Under the pieces are notes generated by a model that was not told where the DNA came from, did no database searches, and saw only the letters and a program-made list of their open reading frames with translations. DNA of 64,000 nt. It comes from a virus. The stretch lies in the UHGV virus genome UHGV-1484817; one strand, given 5' to 3'. Position numbers and translations under genes: made by a program. The first letter of the stretch is position 1. Each line of letters opens with the position of its first letter. Shown in pieces: positions 1 to 10,090 of the stretch.

Positions 1-124
<124 letters not shown>

Positions 125-211
125 TCATGAGGTGATTTCAGGGATGAAACGAGTGAATATCGATAGCATTCTGAATGTTCTTACAAGTTTGGTGAAAAAG
201 GGAGGCGGGAA

Positions 212-655
212 ATGATTGGCTGGGGTGTATGCGTTCTTGCGTTAGCCTTAGCCGATCGCTATTTGCTAAAACGCAAGGACATCACGCATTTAGAACTTGG
301 TGATGTGGAAATTAAACCGGGTTTCATCCGGGTGCCGTTCAAATACCGGTCTAAATTCCCGTTTTTGCGCGGCGCAACGGTCAGATATTGGATCCGCGAT
401 GTTCAGAAGCCGACGACAGTGATTGAAGGCGAACAACGTTGTTTGACGTCGGCTGAACAGGGCGAAAACAGTGAATGGTTGTACATACCCACTGAATATA
501 TGGGTAAAGGAGAGCGACTGTGGCATTTCAACGTCATGGTTACGCATGGCGACTCGTTCATTAACCCGTTGTATCGGATTTTCCCTGTTACTCAGCAAAT
601 CCGCAGAAGTTACGTAATAAATCTCGCACAGGATGTGTCAGATGACGAAAAATAA
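212..655 (+). CDS. lydB: LydB-like holin antagonist
   Basis: 147-aa ORF directly upstream of the hdf/darA block; position and size fit P1 lydB; no motif check possible. Confidence 0.5.
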   Translation: MIGWGVCVLALALADRYLLKRKDITHLELGDVEIKPGFIRVPFKYRSKFPFLRGATVRYWIRDVQKPTTVIEGEQRCLTSAEQGENSEWLYIPTEYMGKGERLWHFNVMVTHGDSFINPLYRIFPVTQQIRRSYVINLAQDVSDDEK

Positions 656-1244
656 GTATGCAACGGTCGATTTTGACCAGGTTAATGAAAAGGGGCTGAA
701 ATCCCTTATCGCGGCGATCAATAAAACCGGTGTTACGGTAATTGAGGTTGACTCCAGCAACCGCGCAACAACGAAAGATGGCGTTAAAGTTAAAACCGCA
801 AAGCTGGTTCTTAACGATGGACAAATTCTTGCCATACAGGTAAACGATACTGGCGATATATCGTCTGTGAAGCTGAATGGAAAAGCTATTCCTAACGCTC
901 AGTCGCCGGATATCAAGACGCTTGGTACCGTCATGGGGCAAGCGGCCCGCAAAAACTCCGCAAAATTCCAGAAATCACTGATCGCCAAAGCGAAACGTGT
1001 TGCCAATCCGGTAGACAAGAAACCGGCAGTAAAATCCAACTTTCAGCGCCTGCAAGAGGCAAAACAGCGGAATGTTCAGGTGGTTGCCGCTTATAAATCA
1101 GCGCAGAACTCGGTGTCTTTCAATCAACAGCAGATCACTGATTTGCGGGCGAAGCTGGATAAGGAGACAGGCCGACTCAATAACGAAAAGGCCCGAAATG
1201 GCGAACTCAAACGCCGTCTTAAGCAACTGAAAGCAGGAAATTAA
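642..1244 (+). CDS. hdf: Hdf-like protein of the darA operon (Lys-rich, coiled-coil C-terminus)
   Basis: ORF 633-1244; ATG at 642 has AGGA about 8 nt upstream; ends 2 nt before the darA ATG; synteny with P1 hdf-darA-ddrA-ddrB. Confidence 0.45.
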   Translation: MTKNKYATVDFDQVNEKGLKSLIAAINKTGVTVIEVDSSNRATTKDGVKVKTAKLVLNDGQILAIQVNDTGDISSVKLNGKAIPNAQSPDIKTLGTVMGQAARKNSAKFQKSLIAKAKRVANPVDKKPAVKSNFQRLQEAKQRNVQVVAAYKSAQNSVSFNQQQITDLRAKLDKETGRLNNEKARNGELKRRLKQLKAGN

Positions 1245-1245
1245 C

Positions 1246-3165
1246 ATGGAACAGTTCAATATCAATAAAGGGGTGACGATCAAACCTGGGCTTGACGCGC
1301 TTCCCCCGCCAGTGACTGATGATGAATATCGCGCATTAATGGCCGGTGAGGACCGCTATCTGATGACGGAATCCAACACCCTGGAGGAAATCGAGGCTAC
1401 GTTCTTCTATGACACGCCGATCCACTGGTGTGCTACGGATTTACTGGAGGCGATTAGTTCTACTCGTTTGCAGTTACACCGGACCATGCAGGCATTTGTC
1501 CGGGCATTGAACCAGAAGCTGAATGGTACCGGAATCTCTGCGGGGAGTGATAAAACGGGCGATGTGGCCCAGAGCGGCGCGCGCGCGATCGGCGGCGCTG
1601 AAATTGGTCGGGCACGTAACGTTAACGGGCTGCCGGTCCTGCCAGCCATTATTCCGCTCAGTGATGGTCAGACTATCAGCATTCTGTTTCATAGCCCGAC
1701 AGCGGAAAACCGGATCACCAATAGCGATACGCTGGTTGCTTTCCAGTTCTTACTGAATAAAAAAGACGTTACTCACACCGTTGCTCCGATGAGTGGACGT
1801 GATATGACGCTGGCGCAGGTCACCATGAAACTTGCCAACCTTGCAGAGAAAAACTCGGCAAAATTCCAGCGTGCGCAGAAGAAGAAAAAAGCCCTTGTTG
1901 ATGAAATAACCCAACTACAGGCTGACAGTGACCAGAAAGAGGATGCCATGAGCGACCTCGCGGATCAGGTGGCAGCGGTAGAAGGGCAGAAGGCAGATCT
2001 GGAGCAGAAAATTAACGCTGTTGCATCGGAAGCGGATTCTCTTTATGAAGAGAATGAGCGTTTGCAGACGGAGATTGATCAGCTCAATCGCACTGGTGGG
2101 CGCGATACCATTGCTCCTGCGGGGATGACTGGTGGGTACTCTCGCGCGCTGACGGATCGCCTTGCCAGTATCAAAAATCGTATGCATATGAACGGGGAAG
2201 TGACGCTCAGTAATGGTGCATCAATGAAGCAATTCATTGAGGACGGCGAAGGGTATATCCAGTTAACCGATTCGGATGGCAGCGTGTACATGATCAAGGC
2301 TAAATCCATACAGGGTGTGGACATGGCAGATGCGATCGGCAAGCTGTTTAAAGCCTATAAAGCGGGTAATGTATCGGAATATCTGGTCCAACCAGAAGAA
2401 CATAAACCGGAAAACGTCGAACCTGAACCAGCGGAGGATACCGGTAGCTCTTCGCCTGAACCAGAAGTCTCTGTAGGTGCATATCGATATGCCCTGCAAA
2501 TGCGTCCGGCGGCCCCTGGCGCAATACCTGAAGGTAACAAAGCAATTCTGCCGCGCCCTGATGAAGGTGACCCGTATTATGAATATGCACGCTACGGCAT
2601 TGTTACTTACGATACCCCGCTTTCTGATCAGCAAATGAGTGAGTACGACCTGAAGTTATTGCCTCGCGAGGATTCTTTCGACTTCCTGGCGAAGACACTT
2701 ACTAATGGTCCGTTTGGCAAATATGCACAAAAAGCTCTGGAGCTGGCCACCAGCTCACCAGACGAGTTCCGCGTAATGCTGAAAACTCAGTTTCAAAAAA
2801 CTTTCCCCAATATTGCGTTTCCTGGGGGCGCTGGCATCGAGAAAATGGTGCAGAGCATGATCAATGCATTGCAGGCCGAAGTCGGTGAGATTACTCAACC
2901 AGAACCGGTCCCGGCACAGCCTGATGAAACGGTTAGCGAAGCAGATGCAGAGGCTAATAAAGCCATTGAATATCTCAATAGCGTGATGGATATGCAAAGC
3001 ACTGACATGGCGGAGATCCGTAACGCCCGGGGCAATGTCCGGGAAGCGATTGCTGCCCTTCAGGCTGCCGGACGTTTTGAGGAAAACGAAGAGCTGGTTA
3101 ACGGTGCTGCTCGCCACCTGGCTGATCTGCTGGTAGCAATCCAGAAAGCGGGGGTAGCGGCATGA
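1246..3165 (+). CDS. darA: DarA-like antirestriction / head internal protein precursor
   Basis: 639-aa ORF, size as recalled for P1 DarA; first large gene of a lydB-hdf-darA-ddrA-ddrB array; TGA overlaps the ddrA ATG. Confidence 0.75.
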   Translation: MEQFNINKGVTIKPGLDALPPPVTDDEYRALMAGEDRYLMTESNTLEEIEATFFYDTPIHWCATDLLEAISSTRLQLHRTMQAFVRALNQKLNGTGISAGSDKTGDVAQSGARAIGGAEIGRARNVNGLPVLPAIIPLSDGQTISILFHSPTAENRITNSDTLVAFQFLLNKKDVTHTVAPMSGRDMTLAQVTMKLANLAEKNSAKFQRAQKKKKALVDEITQLQADSDQKEDAMSDLADQVAAVEGQKADLEQKINAVASEADSLYEENERLQTEIDQLNRTGGRDTIAPAGMTGGYSRALTDRLASIKNRMHMNGEVTLSNGASMKQFIEDGEGYIQLTDSDGSVYMIKAKSIQGVDMADAIGKLFKAYKAGNVSEYLVQPEEHKPENVEPEPAEDTGSSSPEPEVSVGAYRYALQMRPAAPGAIPEGNKAILPRPDEGDPYYEYARYGIVTYDTPLSDQQMSEYDLKLLPREDSFDFLAKTLTNGPFGKYAQKALELATSSPDEFRVMLKTQFQKTFPNIAFPGGAGIEKMVQSMINALQAEVGEITQPEPVPAQPDETVSEADAEANKAIEYLNSVMDMQSTDMAEIRNARGNVREAIAALQAAGRFEENEELVNGAARHLADLLVAIQKAGVAA

Positions 3166-3527
3166 CACTATCAGCTATTGAGTTAATGGACCTCAGCGAT
3201 AAGTTGGATGCTCTGATGTCCAAAGCGGCTACCGCGAGTGGCATGGAGTTGCTGGATATCAGCGATGAAATTGACCAGATCATGCAACAGATGGGGTACG
3301 GCGCGTCCGGCGGCAGTAGTGGCGAGGAAAAACAACCTTCGGTACATGATGGTGTGCCAAAACTGGTTGCTGATTTCCTGGCTGATAAATTCGTCGATCA
3401 GAGCACTGATGCATTTATCGGTACGTTACAGGACTTGAGTCAATATGTTGGCACATACATCGACCTGGACCAGGTTAAACAGCACACGGCGGCATGGATA
3501 GCCGCCAACATTAAAGAGGCAGCGTGA
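3162..3527 (+). CDS. ddrA: DdrA-like protein
   Basis: 121-aa ORF translationally coupled to darA (ATGA overlap); synteny. Confidence 0.55.
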   Translation: MTLSAIELMDLSDKLDALMSKAATASGMELLDISDEIDQIMQQMGYGASGGSSGEEKQPSVHDGVPKLVADFLADKFVDQSTDAFIGTLQDLSQYVGTYIDLDQVKQHTAAWIAANIKEAA

Positions 3528-3720
3528 CATCCTCCACGCCCCGAAGGGCGTGGATTCCTGCTACGTTCAGGCTGTCGCCTGAATCATTTCGGTGGGTTCC
3601 TGCTTCAACGGGCGGCCTGACTGCACCATCCCTCCACAGGCAAGTACGGCGTGCCCCGCCGCTAAAATGTTACGAGCGCCGTTTACATCGGCGTTCGCTG
3701 TATATCCACATACCTGGCAT
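3528..3720 (-). ncRNA. Candidate TnpB-associated right-end RNA (omega/reRNA)
   Basis: By family precedent the guide RNA overlaps the 3' end of tnpB and the right end; this stretch includes the stable hairpin at about 3534-3553; not demonstrable from sequence alone. Confidence 0.3.
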
Positions 3721-4775
3721 CTGAATTTACTTTGTGACAGGCGATTTTCTTTCGCTGTATGACCACAGCACGCGCAACGCTGGCTTGTGTACGCTGGCGG
3801 AACAGCAAGCACCTGACCGCCACGCCAGAGCTGCTTGTACTCAAGCTGGCGGCGCATTTCATACCAGCCCTGATCCAGTATCGAACGGTTTAAACCTGAT
3901 TTTGCCCGGACATTGCGACCCGGATGACTTATCGTTCCCGCCGCTGACTTTGACATGTATTTAACCTTCAAATCCTCAATGACAATCATTGCGTGGTTTT
4001 TGCTGACGGTCGTTGTGACTTTGTGAAGGTAGTCCCTGCGGATATTTGCGATACGGGAATGCAGTCGCTGTATTTTGCGTTTCTGCTTCTGCCAGTTGTT
4101 GCTGAATTTGACCTTGCGGCTTAACTGTCGCTGAAGTCTCGCCAGCTTCTTCTGGTTTTTCTGAAAACTATTTACAGGTTCAAAGACTGTGCCATCTGAC
4201 AGCGTGGCGAGTTTAGCCACGCCAGCATCCAGTCCGACCATTGATGCTGAAGGGTGAACAGGAGTGGATACCTCTCTTTCTGTCTGAATACTGATGTACC
4301 ACTTACCGCAGGACTGGCTGACAGTAACATTTTTCACAATACCCGTGACCTGACGGCTATTCCGGTAGCGCATCCAGCCAAGTTTCGGCAGAAAAATACG
4401 GCTGTTTTCCTGATCGAGCTTAACACCCTGCGGGTAGCGGAATGCATCATTCTGTCCCCGCTTTTTGAATCGGGGAAAAGCTGCCCGATTCTGGAAGAAG
4501 TTTTTGTAAGCCCGCTCAAGGTCTTTCAGTGACTGTTGCAATGGCTGTGAGGGAGAATCTTTAAGCCATTCGGTTTCAGTGTCTTTTTTCCACTCAACCA
4601 ACCAGGAAGCCATTTTCGTGTAAGGGATGTATTTTTTACCGGCCTCATGATTCTCATTCTGAAGCGCCAGAGCACGGTTGAAAACGAAACGACAAGCTCC
4701 GGCAAAGCGCCTCATTTGACGCTCCTGTTGACCATCTGGTTTTAACCGGAATTTGAATGACACCTGTTGTTTCAT
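3567..4775 (-). CDS. tnpB: TnpB (OrfB) RuvC-like transposon-associated protein
   Basis: 402 aa; C-terminal CxxC...CxxC zinc finger (CACCGH...CQVCGY) followed by ADVNGARNI, typical of IS605 OrfB/TnpB; no tnpA (Y1 HUH) ORF nearby. Confidence 0.9.
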   Translation of the reverse strand: MKQQVSFKFRLKPDGQQERQMRRFAGACRFVFNRALALQNENHEAGKKYIPYTKMASWLVEWKKDTETEWLKDSPSQPLQQSLKDLERAYKNFFQNRAAFPRFKKRGQNDAFRYPQGVKLDQENSRIFLPKLGWMRYRNSRQVTGIVKNVTVSQSCGKWYISIQTEREVSTPVHPSASMVGLDAGVAKLATLSDGTVFEPVNSFQKNQKKLARLQRQLSRKVKFSNNWQKQKRKIQRLHSRIANIRRDYLHKVTTTVSKNHAMIVIEDLKVKYMSKSAAGTISHPGRNVRAKSGLNRSILDQGWYEMRRQLEYKQLWRGGQVLAVPPAYTSQRCACCGHTAKENRLSQSKFRCQVCGYTANADVNGARNILAAGHAVLACGGMVQSGRPLKQEPTEMIQATA

Positions 4776-4874
4776 GTCACTATTTTAAGCAAAAATAGCC
4801 GGGAGGAAAACTGTGCCTTATATCCCCACTATGAGGAGCGTAGGGGGCGGCACATTGGATAAGGCGTAACAGGG

Positions 4875-7862
4875 ATGAGCTTAAGCGATCAGGTGGTAAT
4901 GGCCACCAGCATAGAAACGCTGATCGAGCTGCTAAAGAACCTGCCCGATTATGGGCGGGTTTCGTATGTGGTGACAGCGAAGGGAGACGAGGTAAAAACA
5001 GCGTTTGATATCGTCGATGCCTCAGCTCTTTTGGTATCCAATACTCTGGATGGGAAAATTAATCCTGACTATCCCCAGGAACTTCAACCGCGCGACCGGA
5101 CCCGCGCATCCAGCCTTCTTCAGGTTAACCAGATATCCAAGGATTTGCGGCCTGCTCAGCTTACCGATTCCGGTCTATCCAGCCATGGCGCGCCGATAAT
5201 TGGTGAGGACAATGCCGTTGAGTCAGGTAATGGACGGACCATGGGGATCATTAAAGCCTATCAGGACGGCAATGCGGATCGGTATCGTGAGTACCTGATT
5301 GATCATGCGACCGAATTCGGCATACGACCTGAAAAGGTTGAATCAATGACGGCTCCGGTACTGGTGCGCCGCCGGTTAACTAAGGTTGACCGCGTTCAGT
5401 TTGCCAAGGACTCAAATATTTCTGATCTTCAGGAAATGGCAGCCAGTGAAAAGGCTTTTGTTGATGCCGACAGCATAACACCGGCGATGATGGCGCTTTT
5501 TAACCCGTCAGAAAGCGGAGATCTGCTTAGCCGCAGTAATGACACGTTTATTCGCGGATTTATGACGCAAGTTGGTGCCACACAGGCGGCTGGCCTTGTA
5601 ACTGAAGATGGGCGACCAACACGGCAACTTGTAGACCGTATACAAAACGCGATCTTTGCCAAGGCATATAAGGATGCGCGCCTGGTAAGGATGGTTGCAG
5701 AAGAACCTGATCCGGATATGCGTAATGTTCTGACGGCGCTTAATGCGGCAGCCAATGATTTTGTCCAGATGCAGGCTTTGTCAGGAGAAGCGCACAAGCA
5801 GGCTGTGACAACTATTGTTGATGGCATTGAGACAGCGGATAGCCTCGATAAAAAGGCGCTGGCGGCATTGAAAGATGCGGTAGACCTGGTAAGGCAATCG
5901 AAGGAGTTAGGCCAGCATATTACCGATGTTATTGCTCAGGGGGATATGTTCAGCGAAACGGCCCCGGAAGTGAAAGCACTCGCGTTGTTCATCGTCGCGA
6001 ATAACCGTAGCGCGAAGCGTATGGCCACCGCCTTTAAGTTGATGGCGCAACGTATCAATGATGAGTTACAGCACCAGGGCCAGGCGCTCGGGGATATGTT
6101 TGGCGGCGGCGATGTGTCGTTACAGGATATCCTTCGCCAGGTGTCTCAGGAACTGGAAAACGAAGGCATGCAAGGGATATCCGGCGGTCTTTTCGAGTCC
6201 GTTTCCGGCGGTAGTTACAACGGTGTTGCTCCGTATACCAGTTTGCTATTACATCGGGCATCCGGCATCAAAGACATTATTCATCTGATCAGGCTGCTTT
6301 CCCGCACAGATCCCCAGGATGAACAGCTTGTACAAGTGCTTGCGCATTTTGTTCGAATGCCTGTTGCCGACGTGAATAAATGGTGCCGATTATTCGGTAT
6401 CAGCAATTCGTTACTTCGCGGATTGTTAAATCACGCATCCTCCCTTGGGCGCGACGGCTTTGATGAGATAGCGCAGGCGATACAAAACGGAGATATGCCA
6501 CCAGCTATTGACTGGTTTTCCATTCGCCCAACCAGGGTGAAAGCATTCCTTAGCGCGGCGCATTCGGCATCACCATTGGCAGAAATGGTTCAGAGGTTGT
6601 CGCTCATATTCACAGACCATACCGCGTTGGGTGATCTGACTCTGGACGAGATGAAAGAAGCCTCCATTCAGTGGGCCGATCAACAAAATGAGGTTAACTC
6701 AGACTTCTTGCCAGCATTCAGGAAGGCCGTTAGTAAAGCGGATGATTCCCGTGGAATTCTGAAGGCATTTAAGGCATTGCAAAGTCGGGTTAATAAACAT
6801 GTCGGAGATATCGATGGGGTAACGGCGGAAGGCAGGGATATCCTTAAAGAGCACGGCATAACGCCAGAGTTTATTGATGAGATCAGGACGGATATGCAGC
6901 GTGAGGTCGTATCGTCCCTGCAAATTGTAGCCAGAGCGTTGGCGGATGCTAATCCGAAGAGTGCGGCCATTGTTAACCGGGTTATTGGTGATATTGAAGC
7001 ATCGGAGGGCATGGGGGCGCTGAAACTCTTCCTTTCGCGAGCGTTTAATCCTAACGGCAATATTCTCCCTGGCATTATTGGTGAGGCTAAAAAGTATGTC
7101 AGTGAAGAAGAACTTGAGCAGCTTGACCAACTACTTAAGCGATTCTCATATAACCCGCAGACACGCTGGCAAATGAATCAGCGAAGTATGGGTTCGGTCC
7201 ACGAGAAAGTGTTATCTGCCATGAACAGTGCGATCGCAAACTCATCCGTATCTGAAGAAAAAGCTCTTGAGTGGGCCGACTCTTTTATCACAGAAGAAGT
7301 GGAAGAAGCCCGCGCTGGACAGAATGGTGGGATAGACCTGCGCAAGGAACTTGCTGATATTTATCGCCTGACCGGCGGGAAAATATCGACCTTATCAAAG
7401 GTAGTTCACCACCAGGGAAGGGCATATGCAAATCTAAATGGTGTTGTTGCTGTCAATTTGAACGATGAAAATGCAAGTGCACTGTGGCACGAGCTGGGTC
7501 ATCATCTTGAGTACAGTAACCCCGGTTTGTTAGAGAAAGCCCGGTCATTCCTGAAGGCCAATGTTGAAGGGGATAAGCCATCTTTCGTCAATATCGGTGG
7601 GCGTGGCAAGCCTGAATGGTGCTTCAGATCTCGATTGAGTAATATTTATATGGCGAAGGTATACCCGCCAGCCTCAGTAAGTAACACCGGGAAAATTCGG
7701 CAGAAATCACCGACTATTTCCAAAACGTCAGCAACGGAAGTATTCTCTATGGCTCTTCAGTTGTATCATGACAAAGAGGCCGCTGCCGCATCACTGATGA
7801 ATGGTGACGGATTGCTGGAACTGTTATTAGGTGTGGCAAAGGAGCTAAATAATGCAGATTAA
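4875..7862 (+). CDS. ddrB: DdrB-like large protein with an HExxH motif
   Basis: 995-aa ORF after ddrA; HELGH at about aa 872-876 (nt about 7488-7502); synteny with P1 ddrB. Confidence 0.55.
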   Translation: MSLSDQVVMATSIETLIELLKNLPDYGRVSYVVTAKGDEVKTAFDIVDASALLVSNTLDGKINPDYPQELQPRDRTRASSLLQVNQISKDLRPAQLTDSGLSSHGAPIIGEDNAVESGNGRTMGIIKAYQDGNADRYREYLIDHATEFGIRPEKVESMTAPVLVRRRLTKVDRVQFAKDSNISDLQEMAASEKAFVDADSITPAMMALFNPSESGDLLSRSNDTFIRGFMTQVGATQAAGLVTEDGRPTRQLVDRIQNAIFAKAYKDARLVRMVAEEPDPDMRNVLTALNAAANDFVQMQALSGEAHKQAVTTIVDGIETADSLDKKALAALKDAVDLVRQSKELGQHITDVIAQGDMFSETAPEVKALALFIVANNRSAKRMATAFKLMAQRINDELQHQGQALGDMFGGGDVSLQDILRQVSQELENEGMQGISGGLFESVSGGSYNGVAPYTSLLLHRASGIKDIIHLIRLLSRTDPQDEQLVQVLAHFVRMPVADVNKWCRLFGISNSLLRGLLNHASSLGRDGFDEIAQAIQNGDMPPAIDWFSIRPTRVKAFLSAAHSASPLAEMVQRLSLIFTDHTALGDLTLDEMKEASIQWADQQNEVNSDFLPAFRKAVSKADDSRGILKAFKALQSRVNKHVGDIDGVTAEGRDILKEHGITPEFIDEIRTDMQREVVSSLQIVARALADANPKSAAIVNRVIGDIEASEGMGALKLFLSRAFNPNGNILPGIIGEAKKYVSEEELEQLDQLLKRFSYNPQTRWQMNQRSMGSVHEKVLSAMNSAIANSSVSEEKALEWADSFITEEVEEARAGQNGGIDLRKELADIYRLTGGKISTLSKVVHHQGRAYANLNGVVAVNLNDENASALWHELGHHLEYSNPGLLEKARSFLKANVEGDKPSFVNIGGRGKPEWCFRSRLSNIYMAKVYPPASVSNTGKIRQKSPTISKTSATEVFSMALQLYHDKEAAAASLMNGDGLLELLLGVAKELNNAD

Positions 7863-8163
7863 AATCGCAGCGCCATTAGGCGGAGATGCCATTATCGAAT
7901 TTGATGATAATGAAGAAGTTTCCGGGCGTTTAAGCATTATCTCCGGTGACATTACCGAGGACATGATCGCTGAAGCCATAGCTGGGGCAAATCCCAATAG
8001 CTATATGGGATTCGTTAACACCCTTGATGCTCCCGCAAGTGATGTTCTCCGAACGCTGCATCTTTACGCTGGCTGGTTTGTTGATTGGCCAGCAGTAGAT
8101 GGTGGCGATGAGGACGACGACGACGATGATTTTGGTGATCATGTAGACCAGATCGTATATTGA
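7852..8163 (+). CDS. Small acidic protein with poly-Asp C-terminus (last gene of the dar operon)
   Basis: 103 aa; C-terminal GGDEDDDDDDFGD; 11-nt overlap with ddrB; lies where P1 has hxr but shows no HTH, so left unnamed. Confidence 0.4.
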   Translation: MQIKIAAPLGGDAIIEFDDNEEVSGRLSIISGDITEDMIAEAIAGANPNSYMGFVNTLDAPASDVLRTLHLYAGWFVDWPAVDGGDEDDDDDDFGDHVDQIVY

Positions 8164-8165
8164 AG

Positions 8166-8192
8166 AAATCCCGCCAATCGGCGGGATTTTTA
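8166..8192. terminator. Bidirectional intrinsic terminator between the convergent dar operon and ssb operon
   Basis: Hairpin AAATCCCGCC-AATC-GGCGGGATTT followed by TT, with A-run on the other side. Confidence 0.55.
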
Positions 8193-8194
8193 CC

Positions 8195-9289
8195 TCACGA
8201 GAAGCTTTTTTCTGATGTCAGCCAACAGTGCTCGTGCAAATCTCTTGGTGGTTTTTCGACAAATGCCTCTTCAGCCACATCCTGCCAGGGGATTTGTTTA
8301 GCCCATTCAGTTATAGCGTTATGGTTTGCCGAGAATAACGGTATTGTATAGGCCTTCAGCCAGTCTAATGTGCTGGAGTTGTGTTTTTGAGCGTGATGTT
8401 TCGCATGGTGTTTGGCGATCACGATCGTAGGCACTACCCATTTACTACCGTCAGTCATTGTGAAGTGCATATTACGGGGAACAGATGACTTTTCCATCAA
8501 CTCCCGAATCCCGGGGAATTTCCCCAAGATCAATCGGCGATATTCATCGCTATTGCGCCCACCAAACTCTTTGGCTTTGAATTCAAGATATGCTTCAGAA
8601 ACGAGAGGTGAATCCTCTGTGTTTAGAGTTATCGCCGTGAAAAAACCAGCAGGATTGTTTTTACTATGGGCCAACCGGTGATGCGAATCATAAAAGTACC
8701 CTTTCTCGCGTTCCGATGGTTTCGACAGCAACAGCAGGCGCGAGTCATAATTGGTTAAATTGCCAGTTATCACTGCATGAGCGCGATCGCTGATTTCCGC
8801 CGAGTTAATAACGATGAAAAGATCGTGCGGTCCAGTAAAACCAGCCAGAGACTCTTCGTTATTCAGACAATAGGTTATATAGACGCATCCCCATGTTTCA
8901 CTGATATGCACCAACCCTTTGTCAGGGTGTATTCTGAAATAATTGCCAAGAAAAGGGTGTTTTTGGGTAACTCGCTCCCAATAACGGAACATATAGTCAA
9001 TTATTGTTTTTCGACTATCGTTAATAGCAGGAGAAACAACCACTGTACGGGAACACGAATACAGTATTGTTTGCAGGATGCTAATCACTGCCACAATAGA
9101 GGTTTCCCCAATACCATGTGGTGTGGTGGCAGTGACTTTGGCTCCGGTGTTCTTTATCGCGTTAATAATTTTTGCTTGATGAGGTGTTAACTCAATATCA
9201 AGCAACTCTTTCGCTGCCAGTTCCCAATTGTCTTTATACTGTTCTATCAGTGCTAACCAGGCAGATTCATTCTGTATACGATTAATCAC
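8195..9289 (-). CDS. Paralog of terminase large-subunit (PacB) ATPase domain with degenerate Walker A and B
   Basis: 364 aa; aligns to the N-terminal half of the PacB encoded at 28868-30352 (ITGNLT...LLLLSKP...GYFYDSHHRLA...TAITLNTEDSPLV); Walker A is HGIGETS instead of HGTGKSD; Walker B is IVINSAE instead of YIIDEAS; no C-terminal nuclease domain. Confidence 0.7.
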   Translation of the reverse strand: MINRIQNESAWLALIEQYKDNWELAAKELLDIELTPHQAKIINAIKNTGAKVTATTPHGIGETSIVAVISILQTILYSCSRTVVVSPAINDSRKTIIDYMFRYWERVTQKHPFLGNYFRIHPDKGLVHISETWGCVYITYCLNNEESLAGFTGPHDLFIVINSAEISDRAHAVITGNLTNYDSRLLLLSKPSEREKGYFYDSHHRLAHSKNNPAGFFTAITLNTEDSPLVSEAYLEFKAKEFGGRNSDEYRRLILGKFPGIRELMEKSSVPRNMHFTMTDGSKWVVPTIVIAKHHAKHHAQKHNSSTLDWLKAYTIPLFSANHNAITEWAKQIPWQDVAEEAFVEKPPRDLHEHCWLTSEKSFS

Positions 9290-10076
9290 TTTCCACCTCT
9301 TCCGTGGTGTTTTCTCGCAGTTCTGTTAATGCAGCACGACACAGGTTCCGGGCTTTGGCTATAGCCACACTTTTTACCTCATCCGTCATTGTGCAGGTAA
9401 TGTACTGATCGAGTTCTTCAGCTCGGATGATGCTTTTCCCTATCATAAACTCTATTTGCCAGAGCAGATCGGCATCCATCGCCAGTATTTCAGCCTGGCC
9501 TTCTGGGCCTGCGGGGAAGCAAACATAAGACTGTTTGCCCAGGCCGATAACTCGACAACTTGCTTCAAGAATTGCACGCTTGAGGTCTGACTTTGTAACT
9601 GAAACAGGTTGATTTTCACCTGTGATTACGCCGTTGACATGGACGTGGAAGGGCATGTAGCTTGAAATTCGCTCTACTTTCCATACGCCAGCAAGCGATC
9701 CTTCATGCAGCACGATGGGGGTAACCGCGAGTTTCATCTCACCATATAACTGCTGGCAGATAACTGGATTACTGAATACATCCAGAGGTTCACACTCAAA
9801 CAGCGGCGCAATCTGCATGAGGTCCATCATGGTCATACCAGGGGTACGAGCAGTAATGAATTTGCGCATACCAGTATCCATTGCGCTCCAGATTGCTACA
9901 CCATGCTTTTTGCTCACTTCTTCAGTAAAGCCAAGGTGGCACATGATGGTTTTTTCGATAGCCAGATCGGAGATAGAAACCTTTTCGCCAGGTACACCAT
10001 CATTATTGATGGTCACTTCGACACTCTGGCCATTACGCAGGCGGTATTGAATTGCTTTAGTATTTTGTGCTGCCAT
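9282..10076 (-). CDS. Hypothetical protein in ssb operon
   Basis: ORF 9282-10196 trimmed to the Met at 10076 (MAAQNTK) because the longer frame overlaps the upstream small ORF; 8-nt overlap with the terminase-like gene. Confidence 0.45.
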   Translation of the reverse strand: MAAQNTKAIQYRLRNGQSVEVTINNDGVPGEKVSISDLAIEKTIMCHLGFTEEVSKKHGVAIWSAMDTGMRKFITARTPGMTMMDLMQIAPLFECEPLDVFSNPVICQQLYGEMKLAVTPIVLHEGSLAGVWKVERISSYMPFHVHVNGVITGENQPVSVTKSDLKRAILEASCRVIGLGKQSYVCFPAGPEGQAEILAMDADLLWQIEFMIGKSIIRAEELDQYITCTMTDEVKSVAIAKARNLCRAALTELRENTTEEVESD

Positions 10077-10090
10077 AGTCTTTTCTCTGC

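Larger units (their letters stand above)
3528..4874 (-). mobile_element. IS200/IS605-family insertion carrying tnpB only (IS1341-like), between ddrA and ddrB
   Basis: About 1.35 kb separating two genes that are adjacent in the P1 dar operon; contains only a TnpB ORF; perfect hairpin CCACGCCC-CGAA-GGGCGTGG at about 3534-3553 near one end; boundaries approximate. Confidence 0.6.
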
